The position numbers and the translations under genes were made by a program. This document shows, in pieces, positions 33,235-41,930 of a stretch of 41,930 nucleotides of DNA (position 1 is its first letter; every line of letters begins with the position of its first letter). The notes below the pieces were generated by a model, which saw nothing but the letters and a program-made list of their open reading frames with translations, was not told where the DNA came from and searched no databases. The stretch is from Halocafeteria seosinensis. Its lineage: Eukaryota. The DNA is taken from assembly GCA_001687465.1 (NCBI GenBank), contig LVLI01000063.1, positions 62,001-103,930 of the forward strand. The letters are read 5' to 3'.

Positions 33235-36200
33235 TCATATCCCTTCCAAGTGGAGGGAAGTCCTTGGAAGTGTCGCATAAACTTTCCCAAAGGCTTTATC
33301 AATGTCACTTATGTCATCACATGCCTCGACGAGTGTACCTTTGTCGTTGCTGCAGGCGATAGCTTGCAAATCTTTCTGGTTTGGTAATTGTTTCAGGGCG
33401 ACAACAATTAACCGGATTTTACTGTTGTTACGCAACCGAGCGATCAATTCTCGCGAGCTGTGGTGGCTGCCCTTGTCCTCAGAATTTACCACACATAGTA
33501 TGATCTTGTCTTCCTCTTTTTCATTCGATCCTGGTTTGCACTGGACGCTATCTAATGCTTGCCATATCCCATCGTAGCAGGCACAACCACCAGTGTTCTG
33601 GAGGCTTGCCTCGCATAGGGCGTTCCGTTTGTTGCTAGCCTCGTCGGAACTACCCTTCATTCCTCGCGGAACCAAATAATGTATCGCACTACCGAACGTG
33701 AAGGCCGAAACTATGTCATCCTCGGTGATATGAGAATCATAAAGTTCCAATATTTTTTCAAAAACTCTGTCTAACGCAGGATTTGGTTTCTTCCGCGCTG
33801 AGGCATCAATTGCGATGGTAAATTCCTTACTAAAACATGACGATCGGTTGAGTTTGCTCAAAGTCAAGCGTGCCTGAGAAGAATAACCACAGTAGTGCAT
33901 CACTGCAGCAAAATCGTGCGCTACTTCGCGCAGGTGTGAAGCCCGAACGTTCGGACACTTGGTCAATGCTTTATGAAATGCCTTTAGTGCCCCTCTCGAA
34001 TTGTTCTTTGCCATTAGTATATTGCCCTTTGCAGCAAGAATTCTTAAGCGTTGCCCAAAATATGCTTCGGTATAGTCCTCCTCTAGTTGTGCGTCCTCAA
34101 CAATCTCTGACAGGCGGGTAAACGCCTCCTTTGCTCTACCAAGGGACTCTTCGTAAGAGTAGTCTCCTAAAGTAAACCTGTGTTCCTCTTCACAGTAACG
34201 AGATACTTCAGCCAACAGACTTAGAATCCGAACGACATCACAACGGATTTCCATCGTCGAACAACCACTCCGTGAGGCATTGTCTAAAGCTTCAGATGTC
34301 AGATAGGAAGCCTCTTTCAAATCAGCAACCACCTGCTCCAAGGAAATCGGTTCATCAGAATATCTTGAACTCCTCTTTTCATAATGCATTCCGAATCGCT
34401 CAGGCCAGTGTTTGCACAAAGCGAACTTTGCCTTCTCCGACATGGCCTTCGCAAGATTCAGTTGACGCTTCGCGAGGATATGTAATAAGTCGTGGTACTC
34501 CTCTGGCATGCCTTCTTCAATATCATCATGCCATATGGGGTTATGAAACTCGATTGACTGCTTGCTTTCTGCAGGGGCACCCTCTTCTTTGGCAGGGCAC
34601 TCCTTGTTATTAAAATCTGCAAGAAGTTCCTGCGCATTTTTAACTGAACTGTTGTAGCACTCAATAGCTTTCCTGTATTGACCACTTGTGGTATATATAG
34701 CACCAAGATTAGTATTGCAAACTCCAACTCCTTTCGTATGCCCAAGGCGGGTATACATTTGTATCAGGTGCTGAAAATTCTTTATGCCTCCCGCCAAGTC
34801 ACCGGAAAGAAACGCGGACTGCCCAGCTTTAACAGAAAGGTACATAAAACGAAGAACCTTGTCCAACGCCGCTAGTTCCTGAACGAGCAAGTGGGAGTCA
34901 GAGACTAAACCAACGAACTGAACTTCTTCTTCGTGTAACTCTCCTGAGTTGACTCGCCGCACGAGGTCCAAAAGTATGTCCATCGGCCATTTTACCATGT
35001 CACCGACCTTCTTCGCATATACGAAGAGCGTTCCGATAAGTGCTACCGTCACGACACCGATAATTGCAATCTGTACAAAGATACTCATGAAGATCCTATT
35101 ATGCACCTTGTGGAAGGGCGCGCGAATATCATCCTTTGGAACTACAACTGCTAGCGAGTAGTTGCCGGATGGGGCACCCTGATAGGAAATGAACCATGCC
35201 TCTCCGTTCCTTTCGAACTCCCCTGATCCTGTGTCACCATTTATCATACGTTTCAGAAACGTGTTTTTGAACCCTTCTGCGTCCTTGGAACGCACATTTC
35301 CAAATTCTAGACCTAGAACCGAGCGGTCCAATGAAGTAGCCTGTTTGCGCGTTCTCGAATTCCAAAGTTGATCTGGGTGAAGAAGTGCTTTCCCATTGGA
35401 CCGATCCATCAAATAGCCATATCCGTTATCTAGGATTGGTTCGGTAATGAGGTCGTTTAGAGTTCCCATCTCCGGTTCAAACGAAGTCACTCCAACCAGC
35501 GGAGTATCTGATGAGGGAAACCTTCGGATACCAATACTGCCATCTTCACCAGTGTAGTTATACACCGGGCGAGCGGCACTAATACCAAGCACAGACGTAT
35601 CCAAACCACTCGCAATCCATGAGTACGGGTCGGTAAATTGTACAGAAGCGTTCGCCGCTTCGGCAAGCGCCCACCACGGACGGCATCGAGGCTCAAATCC
35701 TCTCCGCTGGAACGAAGGGTCCTGGGTTACACAATCGATCTTCCAGTCCAGAAAATTCCTTAAATCTTGGAAAGGGAATTGTCTAACTAACCCATTATCT
35801 GCAAACGTTATTGCAAAATACGCATTCGGCAAAAACCGTACTTTCAGCGCTTTGAAGTATATTTCCAGTCCATCCGACAATTCCAAATTTTCCAGCGACG
35901 CCGGCGTGAGTTCAGACTCGTTTCTGGTGCCATTGCAGTCCAAATGGAGGTTACCATCCGCTCGGCATTGATACCATCCACTTGTATTGAAGGAAGCGTA
36001 GAACCCCATCTCGGTCTTCGTCCAGCCGGGGACGCTTTCTGGATTCTCTCGTAGTGTGCTGTACCGCGGCAAGACAGCATCGCGGTTCCGGAAGGGCACA
36101 GCGCCGCGTATGATGTCCTCAGCGTATACGGAAACACCATCCAGCTCCCCTTTGATGCGCTTCATGTATACATCCGTGTATTGGGCCTTTTCTCCCGCAA

Positions 36201-36387
36201 GACGCCTCAATTGATCAGTTTGAGCCGAGATCATGAGGTTCTCCACCTCCTCTATCCAACGAGGCCAGCTCGTCAATACGAGCGCCGTGTATATGAGCAC
36301 CCCACAGACCACTGCTGTGAGTGTAGCGCCCGTATTAGCTGCGAAAAGCTTACGCCCGAGCGAGTTCTTCTTGAAACACCTGGTCAT
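33235..36387 (-). CDS. Membrane receptor paralog B (TM-dCache-TM-HAMP-TPR-degenerate vWA), intronless
   Basis: Single 1050-aa ORF collinear with A and C: FEPRCRPWW, TDPY, GYGYLM..LLHP, QELAALDKVLRFM, GVGVCNTNLGAIY. vWA has DASAR and VNSED in place of DxSGS and LTDG. Confidence 0.87.
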   Translation of the reverse strand: MTRCFKKNSLGRKLFAANTGATLTAVVCGVLIYTALVLTSWPRWIEEVENLMISAQTDQLRRLAGEKAQYTDVYMKRIKGELDGVSVYAEDIIRGAVPFRNRDAVLPRYSTLRENPESVPGWTKTEMGFYASFNTSGWYQCRADGNLHLDCNGTRNESELTPASLENLELSDGLEIYFKALKVRFLPNAYFAITFADNGLVRQFPFQDLRNFLDWKIDCVTQDPSFQRRGFEPRCRPWWALAEAANASVQFTDPYSWIASGLDTSVLGISAARPVYNYTGEDGSIGIRRFPSSDTPLVGVTSFEPEMGTLNDLITEPILDNGYGYLMDRSNGKALLHPDQLWNSRTRKQATSLDRSVLGLEFGNVRSKDAEGFKNTFLKRMINGDTGSGEFERNGEAWFISYQGAPSGNYSLAVVVPKDDIRAPFHKVHNRIFMSIFVQIAIIGVVTVALIGTLFVYAKKVGDMVKWPMDILLDLVRRVNSGELHEEEVQFVGLVSDSHLLVQELAALDKVLRFMYLSVKAGQSAFLSGDLAGGIKNFQHLIQMYTRLGHTKGVGVCNTNLGAIYTTSGQYRKAIECYNSSVKNAQELLADFNNKECPAKEEGAPAESKQSIEFHNPIWHDDIEEGMPEEYHDLLHILAKRQLNLAKAMSEKAKFALCKHWPERFGMHYEKRSSRYSDEPISLEQVVADLKEASYLTSEALDNASRSGCSTMEIRCDVVRILSLLAEVSRYCEEEHRFTLGDYSYEESLGRAKEAFTRLSEIVEDAQLEEDYTEAYFGQRLRILAAKGNILMAKNNSRGALKAFHKALTKCPNVRASHLREVAHDFAAVMHYCGYSSQARLTLSKLNRSSCFSKEFTIAIDASARKKPNPALDRVFEKILELYDSHITEDDIVSAFTFGSAIHYLVPRGMKGSSDEASNKRNALCEASLQNTGGCACYDGIWQALDSVQCKPGSNEKEEDKIILCVVNSEDKGSHHSSRELIARLRNNSKIRLIVVALKQLPNQKDLQAIACSNDKGTLVEACDDISDIDKAFGKVYATLPRTSLHLEGI

Positions 36388-36786
36388 GGTGTCGTTCCGG
36401 GGGATTTATATCGAGTGGATTGGCCATACCAGCCAATTGCATACTCGATAGCGCGTTAATTTGTCTCTAATGACTGGGACGAAACGCAGAGCACACAACA
36501 AATCCAAACGTATGGGCTATAATAGATGGCGAGGGAGGAACCTCGGAGGACGTGTGGACCGACCGCGGTTGAAGGAACAAGATCCGGAATCCGGCATGCG
36601 GATCTTGTTGCTGTAAGCGTAATAGAGGGAATGTTGCAGAATTCCGAGGGGCCAAGAGGAAATGAAACGTAAAACGATGCTACACAAAGAAGACACGTGT
36701 AGGTCATTTACCTTGGCGGTACTTGCCAGTTTTCAACCCGAAGACAACTTGACAGCATCGCTGCACTGGTGACGAAGCTACAACGG

Positions 36787-39700
36787 TTAAAGTGCTTCCA
36801 AACGAAACGATACACCTTTAATAATCTTGGATACTTTCTCGAAAGCCTCGTCCAAGTCCTGTAAACCGTTTTTCGCCTCAACAAGCACACCGTCCTTGCT
36901 CGCTTTGCACATGTCACTGAGAATATTCGCAGTTTGCAAACGCCCCACTGCAATAATGATGAGCATCACTTTTTGGGCATTGGGATTATGCTTAAACCGT
37001 TCAATCACTTTAAGAGAAGAATTCCTGCTCATGTTGTCCTCTCCATCAGTCAGACAGACAATTATCCGATCCCGTCGGGTTTCTCCTTCGCGCTCGAAGT
37101 CATCAAGGGCCTTCCAGATACTATCATAACAGGCGGTTAAGCCCCCGGTACTGAGCATACCCTGAGATACACATATAGTCAGATTTTTATTAGTAAATGC
37201 TTCTTCGTCCTGCGAACGCATCATGACAAACTTACTTTTAGGATGCGGCGAATATGGGCCGCCTCATTCCCATTACCCTTGAGCGTCATCTGCAGCTTCT
37301 GGATCACTGTAGTGGAAAAGGTATACACGGCCAGTCTATCCTTTTCACTTATATGCTCATCGTATAACTGAACCATATTGTCAACAGCTCTCTTGATTAG
37401 TCCACCAGACATGCTCCCACTTGCATCCAGCAAAATAATGAAATCCTTAGGACTCGCAGCCTTAGAAGCCGGTAACTGTTCCATCAGCATGTTTGCAGCT
37501 ACGTGTTCGCCTTTGCGCTTCAGAACAACCTTGAACTGCTGTGCCGCGTTGTGTAGATGTGATAACGCGACGGTCGGAGAGGATGTCAAAGCAAAGTGAA
37601 ATGCGTTCAAAGCTGCTCTGTCATCACCTTTCGCCATGAGAAGGTTGGCTTGAGCCGCATATGCTCTAAGTCTCTGGTCACAGAACTCTTCACTCTCTTC
37701 GCTATCTTCTCCAGCCTCTTGGATGTTCTTCATGAGATTCATCAACTCACTCTCGGCCATGGAAATAGCATGGGTAGAGCGAATGCTCGCTCTAGCCTCT
37801 CCTGTTTGTTCACAAATTCCCACCACTTCCGCATACAATGCCAGCAAATTGACAACATCACACCTTACGTCAATTAGATACGACGTAGAGGAAAATTTAG
37901 CTAGTGTTTTGATGCTTTCTTTTGATAGGGATGCTGCCTCTTGTAAGTCACTCAAGGCTTGAGGTATCTTAACAGGAGCGTCAGCGGCAGTATCAATTTC
38001 TTCAGGTTGGTCTCGATCCGTTGCAAACCGCTGGGGCCAGTGAGTCCGAAGAGAGTATCGTGCCCGTTCAGTCAAACATTTTGCGAGGTTAAGTTGCCGC
38101 ATCGCTAACGTAGTCATAATGGAGCGCTGCTGTTCTGGATGAGATTTTTCCGAGGTGGATCGCGCCACTTCAGTGTCACTCTCCCCAGGAAAATAGGCGT
38201 TTCCCGAAGGAGCAGGGGAGTTCTTGCCTTTAGAGGGGATGTTGATATCATTGTTTACGCTAAAATTTTCGATCATTTCCTCTGCATTTTGGATGGCTGC
38301 CTGATAGCTGCTTATAGACTGGGTGTAAGATTGGCGCATCGCATAGACTGCCCCTAAGTTGGTATGGCAAACACCTAAGCCACGAATATGCCCCAAGCGG
38401 GCAAACAGGGCCATTGCGTCCATGAACGTTGCCTCAGCACGCTGCAGAATTCAGTAGGGGATTATATGTTTGTAAGCAATGGGCGAAGCAGCAAAACGAC
38501 TCTAGTCTCACCTGCATGTCCCCGCTTACGAACGAAGCTTGTCCAACTTTCACCGCCAGGTACATCTGCCGAAATATTTTATCCAAAGCAGCAAGCTCTC
38601 TCGAAAGGTACTTCCTGTCGGTGACTAATTGGATAGAGACCAAGTCATCCCCTTCAAAATTTTGGGTGTTAATCCGTTTGACGAGGCTTACTAACAAACT
38701 CACCGGCTTCGTAATGCTCTCTGTCACTTTTCGCGCATACAAAACCAGGACACCAGCGAGTGCAACTAGGACCGCCACGATGATTGTAACCTGTATACCG
38801 ATTGTCGCGTCTATTCGGCTACGGGCTTTATTGAACGGCTCTCGGATGTCTTCCTCAGGCATGACTAGACCAAGTGAATACCCGGAAGACGGAACATCTT
38901 GGTATGCGATATGCCAGGTTTCTCCGTTCTTCTCGAATGTGGCCACCCCACTCTCTCCTGCCTCCATTTTATTGAGAATGTTGTCTCTAAAGTATGTTGC
39001 CTCTTCAGACGTCGTACTTCCAAACTCCAACTCTGTTATTGTTGCCGTCTCGTCAGGTTTCCCCCAGTCTTGTTTCGGATGAGCAACAGCCTTTCCCCCT
39101 GCCTTGGGGATAAGGTAGCCGTATCCCTCGTCTGACAGCGAGTCTGTAACTGAAAGCCCGACGTCGCCCATGGAGAAGTCAAGCATACAAACCCCAATGG
39201 GGTCTGTTCCCACTGGTGGCTCAAGCTCTTGCCCAATCGGTTCAGAAGATCCTGTAAAATCGAATAATGCGAAGGAAGAAGTAACGCCCAATTCCGTTGT
39301 ACCGGCGAAAAGGTAGGGAGCCGTAAGTCTGGGGTCAGGGCGACCGCTGCTCGTCGCCTTCTTATAGGCGATGTCGTACCAGACCCGGCAACGACCATCG
39401 TAACCTGTTTTCGTAGGCTTCCCCGGTTCAGTCTCACAAACGATATCATTGTTGATGAAACTGTTTGCATCACCTGCTTCATTGACGAAGAGATAAGGAA
39501 ACAAGCGCGTAAAGCCATCGTCCTCAAACGTTACAGCCCAGAAGCCTCCCTGAAGACACAAACATAAAAAGCTACTCTGTACTAGTAACCCTAACCGCTA
39601 TCAAGGATATAAACCACTCACGAATGTGAAGGGAAAGTCAGCAGTCCACAAACCCCTGTAATATAGCTCCATCGGGTCAGTATCGCTCAAGTGAGCGGCA

Positions 39701-40231
39701 CTAACGTCGCTTTCATCCGCAACCACTTGACAGGTTCCTGCTCGGTTTCCATCACTTCGGCATTGATACCATCCAGACACTTCAGTAGATGCCTCGTTAA
39801 CAGGATCCCACCCTGGAACTACAGGCGAAACAGTTGGGTCTTCGACAGTGGAGTACCGCGTCAGTGATTCCGTCCGAGGTACCTTTCCGCGAATCACATC
39901 TTCCTGATGAATACAAGAAGCTTTCAGATCTCCAATTACACGAGCGAAATGCACATCTGAAAATTCACTCTTTTCCAAGGAAAGACGGCCTAGGTTATCC
40001 GTCTCAGCACCGATCATTGCGTCCTCAGTGCTCTCAATCCATTTTGGAAAGCTGCAACAGATCAACAGCATGTTCGTCACCACAAATAGATGAATTGCTT
40101 CTTTGGATTGCTAGTACTTACCTTGTAAGAAGTAGGGAAATAATGACAATGACAGTAAGAAGCGTTCCCACTAGAAGGTTTCCTACGGTGGCCGCTAAGA
40201 GCTTCTTTTTCAAGTCCCACTCAACTGCCAT
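36787..40231 (-). CDS. Membrane receptor paralog C (TM-dCache-TM-HAMP-TPR-vWA); exons 40231-40122, 40051-39622, 39549-38512, 38441-37236, 37161-36787
   Basis: MAVEWDLKKKLLAA.. TM, YDGRCRVWY..APY..CMLD, HAMP (KPVSLL..SRELAALDKIFRQM), GLGVCHTNLGAVY, vWA DASGS/TACYD/LTDG. Four introns of 70-74 nt. Confidence 0.86.
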
Positions 40232-40881
40232 GACACCGTACTAAGGAGCTAGTATACCGGACTTAACAATACACACAGACTCTAGAGAGAGGCGGTACTC
40301 TTGTACTCGATTTGTGTCTGCAATAGCATCAGGAGGAAAAAGTTCACTTCCACACACACTCTGAAAACGGATTATTTGGAAGATACATCGTCTATACCGC
40401 TCCAATGCCCTCTTTCACCCACATAAGTGCTACACGGGTCAAAACATAACCGATAGTTCAACGTGCACAGACAAAGGCATCGACAATGGGGGCAGGGAAA
40501 GCAATGAAAAAGGCCTCTTGAGGTGGAAATTCCGGAGTCTCTTTGTCCCTTCCCGCGTCAGGAGTACCTACCTTGGAACAATGTGCTGCCTGTGCTACAC
40601 ACACGTGCAAGGGCTAAACGACACTGTAAACTCCCCGTGAGTGTGACTCTACAAAGGGTCAACAATTCCGTAGAGGTGAATGATGTATTTTTCAGCATTT
40701 TCCGATGTTACGGGGACACGGCGCGGCTAACCCCGTGCCGGCTCCCGTCCCAGCGATGGCTACATACCGAGCCTGGGGCTCAACTTGACTCAACATGGGG
40801 AAACTTACCAGCCTAACTAACATGGTACATGTGTGTGTGTGTGAGGCAGAGAATGCGTGCGGTAGTACCGGCCGGAGCATT

Positions 40882-40965
40882 GCGAATCAGCAAGTTCGCT
40901 GCCAGCTGTCATTCGCGCCATGAGAGGAAGCGAATCTACAATTTCGCTGCCAGCTGTCATTCGCG
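40882..40965. repeat. Two 36-bp direct repeats, each with self-complementary ends, 12 bp apart
   Basis: gcgaatc(ag/ta)caa(g/t)ttcgctgccagctgtcattcgcg at 40882 and 40930. GCGAAT...ATTCGC closes each copy. Confidence 0.8.
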
Positions 40966-41489
40966 AAGCGTACGCGGTGTAGTAGTCTACCACTACAGTG
41001 TGTGGGACATCACTCAATGCAACCACCCACGCAACCTTCTGCAATTGCTCCTTACACACACAGCATCGGCAACAATGTTATCCTCGTCTTCATGAAAAGT
41101 TATTTAACTGTAGCCTTGTCTGTCTTCACGGTGGTGGAGGTACAAGTGTCCAGTCGTGGTCCATTTGAATATTCAGTCGGTAGGGGTAGGCCATAAATTA
41201 TACACTCTACTACCAGTTATCATGTTCCTTCGGGGTTCGCTCATAACATTTCTTGGTTCGCGTGTGCTTTGGCAGTCCCGTGGCAGACTCCGCGAAGGTG
41301 TGACATGTTCGCATCTGTGTTCTGCGAACGAATCTGTGGCGCCAGCACTGCCCAGCAGCTGTATGCTCAAATACCTTCGATTTGTAAAATTGGAGAGCAA
41401 GTGCAAGCTTACCAAACATATACCTTAGGTTTATGCGGTCGATAGACAGTGGCATCAATTTGCCTGGCTCAATAACCCCCTTTGGGCCG

Positions 41490-41748
41490 AGTACCAGTCA
41501 TCTACCCCTAGGGGTAACTCCAAACTACCCCTAGGGGTAACTTCAAACTACCCCTAGGGGTAACTCCAAACTACCCCTAGGGGAAGGTTACCCCTAGGGG
41601 TACTTTGAAATCTACCCCTAGGGGTAACTCAAACCTACCCCTAGGGGTAGATCAGATCTACCCCAAATTTCAAAAAATACTACCCCTAGGGGTAATTCAG
41701 GTCTACCCCAAATTTTATATGGCTCTTCTAGATGGCTACATTGGTACT
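41490..41748. repeat. Array of eight CCCCTAGGGG palindromes with imperfect terminal inverted repeats (possible MITE or transposon end)
   Basis: Cores start at 41505, 41528, 41551, 41574, 41591, 41615, 41638 and 41683, plus two TCTACCCCAAATTT half-sites. Flanks AGTACCAGTCATCTA (41490) and TAGATGGCTACATTGGTACT (41729) are imperfectly inverted. Confidence 0.8.
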
Positions 41749-41930
41749 TATACACATCCAATAAACAGTGTATTCATCTGTACTGATATATGACTTTGCA
41801 AATGGGAATTATCGCAAATGATAATTGTTTACAGCAGCTATGACACAGTTCTTAAGACTTCAGGCCAGTTGTCGTGGGCGACCCGTGGCGCGTCCCTGGC
41901 CGAAGACTTCAACCTATTGGACGTGCCTTT

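Noticed and set aside
38429..39082. 217-aa ORF and similar antisense ORFs over real genes
   Set aside because: Shadow frames of the receptor and housekeeping CDSs.
29120..40231. Calling the receptors alpha2delta calcium-channel subunits or histidine kinases
   Set aside because: vWA lies after TM2 and HAMP rather than inside the Cache region, and there are no H-box or HATPase motifs.
40882..40965. Mini-CRISPR (36-bp repeats)
   Set aside because: Only two copies with a 12-bp gap, in a eukaryotic context.
41505..41692. CRISPR array or telomeric repeat
   Set aside because: Linkers are short (7-14 bp, one of 35) and nearly identical rather than unique spacers, there are no cas genes, and the unit is a palindrome, not a TTAGGG-type tandem.

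Overview
Gene-dense eukaryotic (protist-like) genomic DNA with short GT-AG spliceosomal introns, mostly 56-84 nt; the TPPP/p25alpha gene hints at a flagellated organism. Housekeeping genes, spliced by hand: COQ1-type polyprenyl-diphosphate synthase, a double-domain TPPP, a TLC-domain membrane protein, a CaMKK-like kinase, LMF1, a family-A DNA polymerase (Pol nu/theta-like), NDUFS5, ATG3 and BolA1. Accessory content: (i) a 5'-truncated DUF3990-like (ADP-ribosyltransferase-fold) ORF at the left edge; (ii) an island at ~16-21.8 kb holding a Crinkler-like P-loop NTPase gene, a decayed MULE/MuDR transposase and a frameshifted Fanzor1 (TnpB-like) nuclease followed by a structured omegaRNA-like tail; (iii) three tandem membrane receptors with a TM-dCache-TM-HAMP-TPR-vWA architecture, whose ligand-pocket and MIDAS motifs have diverged and whose middle copy is intronless; (iv) an array of eight CCCCTAGGGG palindromes (possible MITE) at the right edge. 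All calls come from motif recognition by eye; no database searches were run.
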